From assembly GCA_006212005.1 (NCBI GenBank), contig SDAZ01000001.1:1-42742 (forward strand): a DNA stretch of 42,742 nt. Reading direction: 5' to 3'. This DNA is from Sulfurovum sp. (GTDB lineage: Bacteria; Campylobacterota; Campylobacteria; Campylobacterales; Sulfurovaceae). Below are positions 30,401 through 38,800 of the stretch, in pieces (position 1 is the stretch's first letter; each line of letters begins with the position of its first letter). The notes below the pieces were generated by a model, which searched no databases, had not been told where the DNA came from, and saw nothing but the letters and a program-made list of their open reading frames with translations. A program made the position numbers and the translations under genes.

Positions 30401-30641
30401 AGGAAGTTTCAACGAGTTTGTCAATGGTAAAAGTGAACTATCAACAAATTATAGTGGAAATGAGTCGGTTAATAGTCGAATTGAGATAAGTGACATCTCA
30501 CCATGGCTTAAGGTGGAAGACCAATATTGGATAAATCAGTTTAGACATCCAACAACTCGAAATTTTAGTGGTGTAGGAAAAACAGGTAAAATTGTTAAAC
30601 CTGCTCCTAGTGGTGCTAATCTTAGAAAGATAGATTGGTAA
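27456..30641 (+). CDS. Exported VWA + GEVED-domain protein with MshQ-like C-terminal module (putative pilus-tip adhesin A)
   Basis: Sec signal peptide; DESGS MIDAS and VLLTD; DFGDA...DDEDG...AWIDFNGD...MRLRF...GEIED; C-terminal ~645 aa paralogous to the next gene. Confidence 0.75.
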   Translation: MKNLFWRLFLLFFTLFSSLVYGDGDIPTCDVKADIWYANDESGSINATEFSQSKIFLNEIAKRFRYSADDGVQSSLIGWGGYDLIFDAWFDYYQKEKIDYKMRINLTSDYKNQLLSYNEKLDTGTEPHSVTDYVATLIENKTGRADAAQVMVLLTDANSNQILESWVDAANRFRANTTNSKIVVVLIAEAATAYNTNSAKKSIVDRVIGENGLVIVTDSYANIVDPANDHIKDVSTAICEASKQKDFGDAFGYSEPSQAVSSNKNVFIGNTVDGETMAYVSGNASGDDNNGTDDEDGLATAQTLVAGQPYALNLKVTNKVQDGGDFWSKIYAWIDFNGDKIFQSEEANTDDILVNEGAINKPVTLHWNVPANVQGGNTIMRLRFARCANRGNPDNDCPYEGEIEDHLVGINGTQSLFNIERTNSVKNAKDYNLYTQIGGRDFDYSLVSYADESFSAEKVISDTTVKVELVDFGANEAVLYSRYIYIPTGNKAGRIDVINAEDLKNIRATKEAKFRISYPKNAQGYIINGDFSTDAQFTPLIKEISYSKDSFAIRPAGFVVDIVDGTTKLKDNSSIDALRLTSGYKYNLNVKAINIAGVATANYNTTVTDSSLAFNDSTSCSLKDSYPLNIDFISGNGTPKELKSANSGKYKIKLKDKAWTQIDSAGGCIANSSLISANGNTLSGCDISSDFLNNNVTYKDNDITFYPYKFDASNFNAINENGSTHSDFLYMNDVSVDEKMALNISGKVIAKNYENETTTNFTAGCSNEDVTIKLKYSGESDAGVFGNVNGTTIAEVIKSIKKSTLLYFTNKYTINSKVSTQNGLSTDIVVNAEDIKNGEMDVKMLYNIARTTDDEINPVKVALKSLDVSSPTSSSTSDNTLQEPIGSKIFDNVEKTFYYARIFPNQIIYPVTYDGSEETPLYAEIFCLKDSAFCSRMMGTNGLNGARTQLGWYGSINHDSSVDGKVLEIKKTALNSDMVSIVGSFNEFVNGKSELSTNYSGNESVNSRIEISDISPWLKVEDQYWINQFRHPTTRNFSGVGKTGKIVKPAPSGANLRKIDW

Positions 30642-30683
30642 TAAAATAAAATAATATAAAATAAAACTATAAGGAAAGATAAT

Positions 30684-33600
30684 ATGATTTTTAAAAGAAT
30701 TTGGATACTGATACTTTTTTTAAATGCTTTAGTACTAGCAGATGAGATAGTTGAGCCATTAGCAAGTATAAATGTACAAAGGATTTCTAATTTTAAGATA
30801 AGTGAAAAAGATGCTTCAACTAAAAAAGCTATATTTAGAGTAACACTTTCAGAGTCTCCATCTATACTCTCTGGTGGTTTAACTTTAAATTATGTGACGG
30901 ATAATTGGGGAGCTACAAAGGGAGTTGATTATTTAGGAGAAGATGGAAGTTTGTATTTTGCACCATTTCAAACTGAAAAAGAGGTTGAATTTACCATAGT
31001 AAATGATACTTTAAAAGGTGGGATAGACCCAGATGAGCAAGTTCGGGAGTATTTTAATTTTAGATTAACTGATGATAGCGTTGATGGATATGTTTTTAAT
31101 AATAAAAAAGCCCATCAACTTATTATGGATGATGATGTGTATGCTTTGGCGTATGGATGGGGAAATTATGTTCTTGAAGGAGATGAAAATTCGACGAGTA
31201 AGGTAACTTTTTATATGGGATTAAATCAACCATTGGATCACGATTTAACGCTTCATTATAATACGATTGATGATAGTGCAAAGGCTGGAGTGGATTATAA
31301 AAGTAGTTCAGGAGATATCGTTTTTAAAAAGGGTGAGACTTGGAAAGAGGTTAATATAGATGTTATTGGTGATAAGATAAAAGAAGCGTTATATGAAAAA
31401 TTTTATCTTCACCTTACAACGAGCGACCCAGATTTTCAGATACCATTTGATATGAGTGGAAATATAATCGATGATGATATTCCAAATTTTTATGTTAGTG
31501 CTGGAGTTGAAAAGTTGGAGGGAAATAGTGGTCAAACTTGTATCCCGTTTGATATTAAGCTTACAAAACCAATCAATGAGACAAGTTCAGTATTTTTTTC
31601 AACCTATGATGGAACGGCTAAAGTTGAGTATAATGATTATACACCGATAGAAAATGAAGAGGTTATATTTGCTCCAAATGAGACTCAAAAACAAGTATGT
31701 GTTTATGTAAATGGAGATACGAAAGTTGAGGCAGATGAAGATGTTGGTATTTGGCTTGACCACTCTTCCCCTAATACAGAAATAACTACAAGAACAGAGG
31801 GTGATGGAACAAGTCGAAATGTAGCCAATCTGATAAACAACGATGATAATGCAACGCATACGGCAGGAACTTGTACTTCAGATATGTTTATATCAAGAAG
31901 TTTAGACAATAAAATGTTTATTTCTAAAATTGATATCTCTCAAAATCCATTTAAATTTAATATGCTTGAAGAGGCAGGAAGTGAAGATATCTATAATGCT
32001 TTAATCTATTCTGAAGTAGATAATTTTATGTATGCACTTGATAAACGAGAGCTTTTACAAATCGGAATCAATGGTACTATCGTGAAAATGGGGCAAGTTA
32101 CAGGACTTCCAGATATATATAATACTAAACAGCTTTTTGGTGGTGCAACTTATGGTGGATACTATTTTGTAACAGGAACGGCTACACCTATGCAACAAAT
32201 TTTCAAGATAAAGATAAGTGACAAATCAGTTCAAACGATAACGCTTGATAAAGCCGTTGATTTGCTTGATATCTCTCATACGCCTGATGGTAAATATCTT
32301 TATGGGATTGATAATAAAAAGAAACTTACCAAAGTAGAAGTAGCCACGGGTCATGTTGAATTTATCGGAAATGACCATACAGATGTCCAATTTGATACAA
32401 CTTATAGTGATGTCAATGGTAAATTTTACGCAAATGATAGTGGTGGTAAAGGTTTTTACGAGATAAATCTTCTCACGGGAGAGAAAGCTTTTAGGTCTCC
32501 TTCAAGTAAAGCAACTTTCAATGATGGTGCAAACTGTATCAATGCTCCTTTGGTTTTTACAGATTTTGGAGATGCTCCTAATAGTTATGGTGATGCGAGT
32601 CATAATATTATAGGTAATCTAACTTTGGGTAAAAATATTGACCATGATATCAGTCCCTATTATAGTTATGATGCGATGGGTGATGATGTAAACGGAAGTG
32701 ATGATGAAGATGGTGTTGTGATGAATGACGCAAATAAAACAGAGGTCTCTATGGCATCTTTGTATCCTAATATTCCTTACTCATTTAGTGTAGATGCTTC
32801 AAATAGTGGATATCTAACGGCATGGATAGATTATAACTTAAATGGTACATTTGAAGATACAGAAAAGATAGCTTCATCGTTAGCGGTGGTAAAAGGTGAC
32901 AATATCGTTAACTTTACCTCTCCTGCTACTTTAGAGCTTTTTAAAACAAGTTTTGTAAGATTTAGATTTTCTTCTACTCCTGTGGTATCGGCTGTTGGTT
33001 TGGTTGGAGATGGTGAGGTTGAAGATTATAAGATAAATTTTGGCCCAGCTAAAAAACCTATCAAGGCAAATTTTAACATCGAAAGAGTCAATAGTAATCC
33101 AGCAGGTGGGGATTTTAACCTTTATACTCAGATTTCAGGAAGAGATTTTGACTTTAGTGTGGTAGCTTATGAAGATAAAAATAACTCAACTACACCACAA
33201 GCATTAAGTGATGTAACAGTAAAAGTTGAGCTTTTTGATGTTCAAAATAACAAAGAGTTGCTTTATACAAAATATGTCTATTTTCCAAAAGATAATAATG
33301 GAACAAAACGCATCAATATCGTCGAACCTAACGATTTGGCTTTAAATCTTGCTTCAAGAGATTTAAACTTTAAAGTGACAAGTTTGGTTGATAGCAGTGG
33401 TTTTATTATCCAAGGTGATTTTAGTGATGATGCTAAATTTAACTCTATGATGAATGCTATCAAAAAAGTAAACAGTGCAAAAGATGATTTTGCGATTCGT
33501 CCAGCAAATTTTGATATTTCTATTATGGATAACACTAAAGTTTTAGCTCAAAATGCTTTGCGACTTAGTGCAGGATATACTTATAATCTTTCTCCAACAG

Positions 33601-34988
33601 CAAGGCTTTACAATCCAGCAGGAGTTGGTGGTAATGTAAAAAATTATACAGGATTATTGGACAGTTCTGTTTTAAAATTTGATGATAGTAATACCTCTTG
33701 TATAGATACGCAAGATGTTGAGGTTAAAGGTATTGATTTTAAAGATGGTATCGGGAAAAAAGCGTTTAGCCATAATAATAGTGGGAGATATAGATTTAGA
33801 GTACGAGATAATATGTGGTCTCAAATAGACAGTACTCAAGATGGTTGTATAGCAAATTCATCCGTTGTTTCTACTTCGCCAAATGAAAAGTCAGGGTGTG
33901 ATATCGCTAGTGAAGATATCAATATGGCATTTTATCCTTATAAATTTGGACTTGATAATATCGTGGTAAAAAATAGTAATGATTCAACGCATAAAGAGTT
34001 TGTTTATATGAATAATCTAGCTGATGATGAGAGTATGAGTTTGAGTTTAGAGGGTGATATCGAGGCTCAAAATTTCAATGGTGGGATTACAACAAACTTT
34101 AGTAGTGGTTGTGGTAGTGAAGATGTTAGTTTAGCTATTGAGTATAGTGGAGAGAGTGATGCAGGAGCGTTTGAAAACATCTCGACAGGTAAGATATTTA
34201 CAAAACATCATAGATATCAAAAAGCTTTTTTAAGAAAAGATACCATAAATGCAACTTCTCAGATGAAAAATGCAGATGATGCTGTTTTAGTTGGAAAAGC
34301 AAATATCAAAAATGGTGTGAGCAGTGCAAAAATGCTTTTCAATATCGAAAGAGATATGGAGGAGATGAATCCGATTCAAATTCAGTTTGAAACGATTGTG
34401 GCTACTTCACCAAATAGCTATTCATCAGCAAATGGAGTTGATAACTATGTACCAACAGGTGCGAGGGTTTTAAATGCGATGAGGATGTTTTATTATGCAC
34501 GACTTACTTCAGATAAGATAAACTATCCTATTACTTATGATGGTGAAGAGAGTACTCCTATTTATGCAGAGATTTATTGTAACCATACGGTAGATTTTTG
34601 TAAAGAGATGGTAAGAGAAAATGGTTTAAATGGAAGTCGAACACAAGAGGGTTGGTTTACTTCTATCAAGCATGAAAGTGGGGTTGATGGTCAAGTTTTA
34701 GAGGTTAAGGAGACGGCTATCAATACTTCATTGGTTTCTACGGTGGGCGATTATAACATCATGAGCAAAGGGAAAACGACCAATCTCATCACAAAATATA
34801 CAGGTTCAAATCCTATGGATAGCAAGATGGAGATTACCAATATCTCGCCATGGTTGAAGTTTAACAATCAATACTGGTTCAATCATTTTAGACAAACTAA
34901 AGAGGGTAAATGGGCAGGAGTTGGTAAAACTGGACATACCGTGAAGATAGATACAAATGGTACGACTTCTAAAAAGGTTGATTGGTAA
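30684..34988 (+). CDS. Exported 3x Calx-beta + beta-propeller + GEVED protein with MshQ-like C-terminal module (putative pilus-tip adhesin B)
   Basis: Signal peptide; three Calx-beta-like units (A.xGVDY/F.P.xTxK/I.DDD); propeller-like region ending NDGANC; DFGDAP...GEVEDY; shared C-terminal module. Confidence 0.75.
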   Translation: MIFKRIWILILFLNALVLADEIVEPLASINVQRISNFKISEKDASTKKAIFRVTLSESPSILSGGLTLNYVTDNWGATKGVDYLGEDGSLYFAPFQTEKEVEFTIVNDTLKGGIDPDEQVREYFNFRLTDDSVDGYVFNNKKAHQLIMDDDVYALAYGWGNYVLEGDENSTSKVTFYMGLNQPLDHDLTLHYNTIDDSAKAGVDYKSSSGDIVFKKGETWKEVNIDVIGDKIKEALYEKFYLHLTTSDPDFQIPFDMSGNIIDDDIPNFYVSAGVEKLEGNSGQTCIPFDIKLTKPINETSSVFFSTYDGTAKVEYNDYTPIENEEVIFAPNETQKQVCVYVNGDTKVEADEDVGIWLDHSSPNTEITTRTEGDGTSRNVANLINNDDNATHTAGTCTSDMFISRSLDNKMFISKIDISQNPFKFNMLEEAGSEDIYNALIYSEVDNFMYALDKRELLQIGINGTIVKMGQVTGLPDIYNTKQLFGGATYGGYYFVTGTATPMQQIFKIKISDKSVQTITLDKAVDLLDISHTPDGKYLYGIDNKKKLTKVEVATGHVEFIGNDHTDVQFDTTYSDVNGKFYANDSGGKGFYEINLLTGEKAFRSPSSKATFNDGANCINAPLVFTDFGDAPNSYGDASHNIIGNLTLGKNIDHDISPYYSYDAMGDDVNGSDDEDGVVMNDANKTEVSMASLYPNIPYSFSVDASNSGYLTAWIDYNLNGTFEDTEKIASSLAVVKGDNIVNFTSPATLELFKTSFVRFRFSSTPVVSAVGLVGDGEVEDYKINFGPAKKPIKANFNIERVNSNPAGGDFNLYTQISGRDFDFSVVAYEDKNNSTTPQALSDVTVKVELFDVQNNKELLYTKYVYFPKDNNGTKRINIVEPNDLALNLASRDLNFKVTSLVDSSGFIIQGDFSDDAKFNSMMNAIKKVNSAKDDFAIRPANFDISIMDNTKVLAQNALRLSAGYTYNLSPTARLYNPAGVGGNVKNYTGLLDSSVLKFDDSNTSCIDTQDVEVKGIDFKDGIGKKAFSHNNSGRYRFRVRDNMWSQIDSTQDGCIANSSVVSTSPNEKSGCDIASEDINMAFYPYKFGLDNIVVKNSNDSTHKEFVYMNNLADDESMSLSLEGDIEAQNFNGGITTNFSSGCGSEDVSLAIEYSGESDAGAFENISTGKIFTKHHRYQKAFLRKDTINATSQMKNADDAVLVGKANIKNGVSSAKMLFNIERDMEEMNPIQIQFETIVATSPNSYSSANGVDNYVPTGARVLNAMRMFYYARLTSDKINYPITYDGEESTPIYAEIYCNHTVDFCKEMVRENGLNGSRTQEGWFTSIKHESGVDGQVLEVKETAINTSLVSTVGDYNIMSKGKTTNLITKYTGSNPMDSKMEITNISPWLKFNNQYWFNHFRQTKEGKWAGVGKTGHTVKIDTNGTTSKKVDW

Positions 34989-35008
34989 AATCACATAAGG
35001 GAAAAAGA

Positions 35009-35896
35009 ATGAAAAATGTAAAAGATTTAAACAAATTTAAAAATGGGATAGCGATGATAGAGTTAATCTTCGCTATTGTGATTATTGGGGTGACGCTTAT
35101 GTCTGCTCCAATGTTGATAAATCAATCCATCAATTCAAGCAATATAGCCATGCAACAAGAGGCTATAACCGCAACAGCGTCACACAATGGGATGATACTT
35201 ACCAAATATTGGGATGAAGCAGGAACTCTAACACAAGATGGGCAATCTCCGATATTGGTTACGGGAACTATCGTTAATGAAGAGATGGAAAACAATTCAT
35301 CCCAACCAGTAGATTCAAATGGAATTCCTTATGGTACAGCTTTTCCTAATGGTAAATTTTTTCCAAACTTTCCTTTTAAATTTCCTACTTTTTCAACAGA
35401 TAATCCATTTGGATTTATCATTGATGGTTCAAATATTTATCGAGCTGGGATGAAAAATATTACAGGTAGAGTATCTAGTATAGACGGAAATCCAGTTGCT
35501 TCTACACAAAAAGCAAATCTTAAAACCGATACCAATGAAACAACAGTAGCTCAATATGACGATGTAGATGATTTTAATGACGGACAAGGTTATGGTGTAA
35601 ATGAAGTGAGTGCAAGTGATAGTACAACTGTGAAAAATGGTGATTATCTTGACCAAAATATCTCTATCGCTACTAATCTTAAATATATAATAGATGTTCC
35701 AACAACTTTTGCAACCAATACAATTACTCCAAATCTTTTAAATGCCACCGAAATAACCACTTCATCAAATATCAAACTTATAGAGACACGACTTACAACG
35801 AGTAGTTCAGAGGGTGAACTTGCTAAAAATATCGTTCTTTACTCTTTTTCAACCAATATCGGAAGTAGTGTACCACAAGGAAGGAGAGTCGAATGA
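35009..35896 (+). CDS. Type IV minor pilin, MshD/PilV-like
   Basis: Basic leader then KNG|IAMIELIFAIVIIG (Glu at +5); YDDVDDFN motif typical of MshD. Start re-assigned to ATG 35009, which has AAGGG upstream. Confidence 0.75.
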   Translation: MKNVKDLNKFKNGIAMIELIFAIVIIGVTLMSAPMLINQSINSSNIAMQQEAITATASHNGMILTKYWDEAGTLTQDGQSPILVTGTIVNEEMENNSSQPVDSNGIPYGTAFPNGKFFPNFPFKFPTFSTDNPFGFIIDGSNIYRAGMKNITGRVSSIDGNPVASTQKANLKTDTNETTVAQYDDVDDFNDGQGYGVNEVSASDSTTVKNGDYLDQNISIATNLKYIIDVPTTFATNTITPNLLNATEITTSSNIKLIETRLTTSSSEGELAKNIVLYSFSTNIGSSVPQGRRVE

Positions 35897-36843
35897 GTAA
35901 AGGGTTTAAAAAAGCATTTAGTATGATAGAGCTTGTTTTTGCTCTTATCGTTATGGGGATTGTAGCATCTATTGGCTCTTCGATATTGGTTCAGGTTTAT
36001 GAAAATTATATCACTCAAAAAGCTGTTTATACTTCATCTATCAAAACCGAAATGGTGGCAAATCAGTTGGTCAATCTCCTTACTTATCGTATCAATGGAA
36101 CAACTATCGGCAAAAATATAACCGATACAAATAATTCAGGTACATGGACAACAAGCAATGGAACTTGGGAGAGACTCGATAGAGCAGTGGCAGGAAATCC
36201 TTTTAAAACTTTAGAGTGGATAGGGCAAGATAGTGATGGTTTTGGAGCAATGGCAACTCAACCATGGAGTGGGATAGCAAATTATGAGACCTCTACGATG
36301 AATAGTTTTCAAACTCCAGCTTCACATCTAGCAGATGCAAGTACGATTTTGAGCAATCTTACAAATGGCAAAGTTGATTTGACACCTGCAAAACCAGCGG
36401 GGATTTTATTTGACCAAAAAGATAATTTTTATGATGACAATCTTGAATACAATCCAGACTGTATGGGATTAATCGACCCAACACCACTACATAGGGTTTG
36501 TATCTTTCCTGCGGCTAAAGTAGATGATACCCATTTTTCTTTTACACGGGCAAATCAGGCAAAAATAGTTACAGAGCGATATAAACTAAGTGGAAGTGCT
36601 TATGCTATCGTTCCAGAAGTGGATAAAAACGATAAGTTGAATGATTTATATCTTTACTCAAATTATCAGCCGTGGAATGGTGAAGTTTATACAGATGGAA
36701 CGAAAAATTTACTTTTAAGAAATGTTTCTGTATTTAGATTTTCTGAAAATGGAGGAGTTTTACAGTTTAAACTTTGTCAACAAGAAGATATTGGCATGGA
36801 TGCAAATATAACAACTTGTAAAGAGAAGGCGGTTATAAAATGA
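35893..36843 (+). CDS. Type IV minor pilin, MshO/PilW-like
   Basis: KKA|FSMIELVFALIVMGIVA prepilin motif with E+5; C-terminal LLRNVS and a Cys pair; ATGA coupling to the previous gene. Confidence 0.75.
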   Translation: MSKGFKKAFSMIELVFALIVMGIVASIGSSILVQVYENYITQKAVYTSSIKTEMVANQLVNLLTYRINGTTIGKNITDTNNSGTWTTSNGTWERLDRAVAGNPFKTLEWIGQDSDGFGAMATQPWSGIANYETSTMNSFQTPASHLADASTILSNLTNGKVDLTPAKPAGILFDQKDNFYDDNLEYNPDCMGLIDPTPLHRVCIFPAAKVDDTHFSFTRANQAKIVTERYKLSGSAYAIVPEVDKNDKLNDLYLYSNYQPWNGEVYTDGTKNLLLRNVSVFRFSENGGVLQFKLCQQEDIGMDANITTCKEKAVIK

Positions 36844-37328
36844 TTATGAAAACAAATTCAAAACGAGCTTTTTCGATGGTTACTGCGATTATTACGATTG
36901 TATTTATGGCTACGCTTACGGCTTTGATTATGAATGTTACAAGTAAAACGCTACAAGCTACAAGTATCATGTATCAAAAAGAACAAGCTTCTTTATTGGC
37001 AAGAAGTTATACCGAGTTGGCTGTTTTATATGTTTCAGGATATGAGCGAACGCCAAATAGTGGATGTGTAGAGACTATAAATTCTACTTTTGGAGAAAAT
37101 GGAAATCTTTATACGATAACTTCAACTGTAAAATATATCGGAAATAGTGCAAATAATAATCTTCCATGTACGACTTCAAATATCTTAGCTTCATGGAGTA
37201 GTGTAAACAGCGGGTTTGACCAAACACTCTCTATCGTGATAGATACTTATGTGAAATATAAGATTTTAGATGATACAAATATCAATAGAGATGTTACTTT
37301 TCATCGTAGAACTTTACAAAAGCTTTAA
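36840..37328 (+). CDS. Type IV minor pilin, MshP/PilX-like (no E+5)
   Basis: KRA|FSMVTAIITIVFMATL with Thr at +5, QA...ARS..E motif and two Cys; ATGA coupling. Confidence 0.7.
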   Translation: MIMKTNSKRAFSMVTAIITIVFMATLTALIMNVTSKTLQATSIMYQKEQASLLARSYTELAVLYVSGYERTPNSGCVETINSTFGENGNLYTITSTVKYIGNSANNNLPCTTSNILASWSSVNSGFDQTLSIVIDTYVKYKILDDTNINRDVTFHRRTLQKL

Positions 37329-37435
37329 TATATAAATTAATATAAAGTTTCTGTTTACCATCTATTTACCTAAAAATAATAAAATAAAATTATCTCAAAA
37401 CTGCTTGGGATAATTTTAAATCAAAAGGATATAAA

Positions 37436-37966
37436 ATGAGTAAACATATCGTCGGAAGACACATCGAACTCACAGACGCACTCAAAAGTCACATCGAAGA
37501 TGGCATAGAGAGTCTTAAACTTTACAACCTAGACATCATCTCCTCAAATGCAATTGTTAGCATCAATCATAAGCACAAAGAGGGAATTGCTATTGAATTG
37601 GTACTAAAACTTAAAGATAAAAATACAATCGTTATAACCGAAAAAGACAAAGATGCTTATGCTGCGATAGATGTTGCTATTGATAGAGCGAAAAAAGCAC
37701 TTAGACGCCATGCTGATAAGATTAAAAATCATAAAATTATGTCTTTTAAAGATATGGGATTTGAAGCTGAGGCTGTATCTGAATTTGACCACGATGAAGT
37801 TGAGATAGTTCCTATGGATTTGGAATTGCATAAACCACTAGATTTTGATGAAGCGATATCTGCTCTTAGAGATGAGAAAAAAAGACAATTCATTGTATTT
37901 AACGACCATGAGGGATTGATGAGAGTTATGTATAAAAGAGCTGATGGTAAATTTGGACTATATTAA
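37436..37966 (+). CDS. hpf: Ribosome hibernation promoting factor (long HPF/RaiA)
   Basis: GRHIELTDALK, DAYAAID...LRRH motifs and the long-form C-terminal domain (KPL..DEA...FIVF...VMYKRADGKFGL). Confidence 0.92.
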   Translation: MSKHIVGRHIELTDALKSHIEDGIESLKLYNLDIISSNAIVSINHKHKEGIAIELVLKLKDKNTIVITEKDKDAYAAIDVAIDRAKKALRRHADKIKNHKIMSFKDMGFEAEAVSEFDHDEVEIVPMDLELHKPLDFDEAISALRDEKKRQFIVFNDHEGLMRVMYKRADGKFGLY

Positions 37967-37986
37967 TAGTTTATGATTTTGATTAG

Positions 37987-38008
37987 GGTGTATTTTAATG
38001 CACCCTAC
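37987..38008 (-). repeat. GTAG-type REP-like palindrome, copy 2; may also act as a bidirectional terminator between convergent genes
   Basis: Minus strand reads GTAG-GGTGCATT-AA-AATACACC; the hairpin extends to 37984-38007; lies between the hpf and SDR stop codons. Confidence 0.65.
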
Positions 38009-38020
38009 TATCATAAAAAG

Positions 38021-38797
38021 TTATCTAAAAGTTGTTCCACCATCAACAACCAGTGTTTGTCCAGTAATCCAACTTGCCTCATCGCTACACAAAAAGTAAA
38101 CCGCCCCTGCCAAATCTTCAGGTTGTCCCATACGGTTTAGAGCTGAGCGTTTAAGAGTTTCTGCTTTGACCTCTTCATAATTTGTAAAAGCTTTAAGAGC
38201 ATCAGTATCGATAGGTCCTCCACTTACAGCATTCACACGGATATTTTTTTCACCCAATTCAACGGCTGCATAACGACTCATCGCTTCAACTGCTGCTTTA
38301 TTGGTTCCATGTCCTGCATAGTTCTCGATATAGATAAGATTGCCCGTTGAACTTAAAGTTACTATCGCTCCACCACCTACTTTTTCCATTCGCTTTGATG
38401 CTTCTTGAGAGCCTAAAACAAATGCATTGACGGTAGCTGTATAGATATTATTTAGTCCTCTTGGTTTGAGTCGTCCAAATTTTCCATAACCACCAACAAC
38501 ACTTCTTCCATAAATCATAGCGTTACTCACAAAAAAATCGACTCTATCAAAATCTTTATCTATCGCCTCAAAAAGTGGTTTAAACTCATCTGGCTCTAAA
38601 ATATTGAGAGGATAGCCTTTGGCTTTTACACCATATTTTTCTTCCCACTCTTTTGCCAAATCTTCAGCCACTTGAACATTTGAGTTGTAAGTAAATGCTA
38701 TATTTGCCCCCTTAGAAGCAAATTTTGTAGCGATAGCTTTACCGATACCTTTTGTAGCTCCTGTGATAACTAAAGTTTTTCCATTCATATCTGACAT
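38021..38797 (-). CDS. SDR oxidoreductase, enoyl-ACP reductase (FabL-like)/HdhA-like, conserved next to dapA in Campylobacterota
   Basis: TGATKGIG, Y-x6-K (NYAGHGTNK), RVNAVSGGPIDT and ITGQTLVVDGG motifs. Confidence 0.85.
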   Translation of the reverse strand: MSDMNGKTLVITGATKGIGKAIATKFASKGANIAFTYNSNVQVAEDLAKEWEEKYGVKAKGYPLNILEPDEFKPLFEAIDKDFDRVDFFVSNAMIYGRSVVGGYGKFGRLKPRGLNNIYTATVNAFVLGSQEASKRMEKVGGGAIVTLSSTGNLIYIENYAGHGTNKAAVEAMSRYAAVELGEKNIRVNAVSGGPIDTDALKAFTNYEEVKAETLKRSALNRMGQPEDLAGAVYFLCSDEASWITGQTLVVDGGTTFR

Positions 38798-38800
38798 TTC

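Noticed and set aside
30640-30672. TAAAA-type short repeats between the adhesin genes (similar tracts near 27350 and 37375) as phase-variation sites
   Set aside because: They are short, imperfect and expected in very AT-rich intergenic DNA
27456-34988. Shufflon or invertible cassette switching between the two adhesins
   Set aside because: Both genes are complete, co-oriented and have their own RBS and signal peptide. The shared region is diverged at DNA level, and no recombinase or inverted sites were seen.
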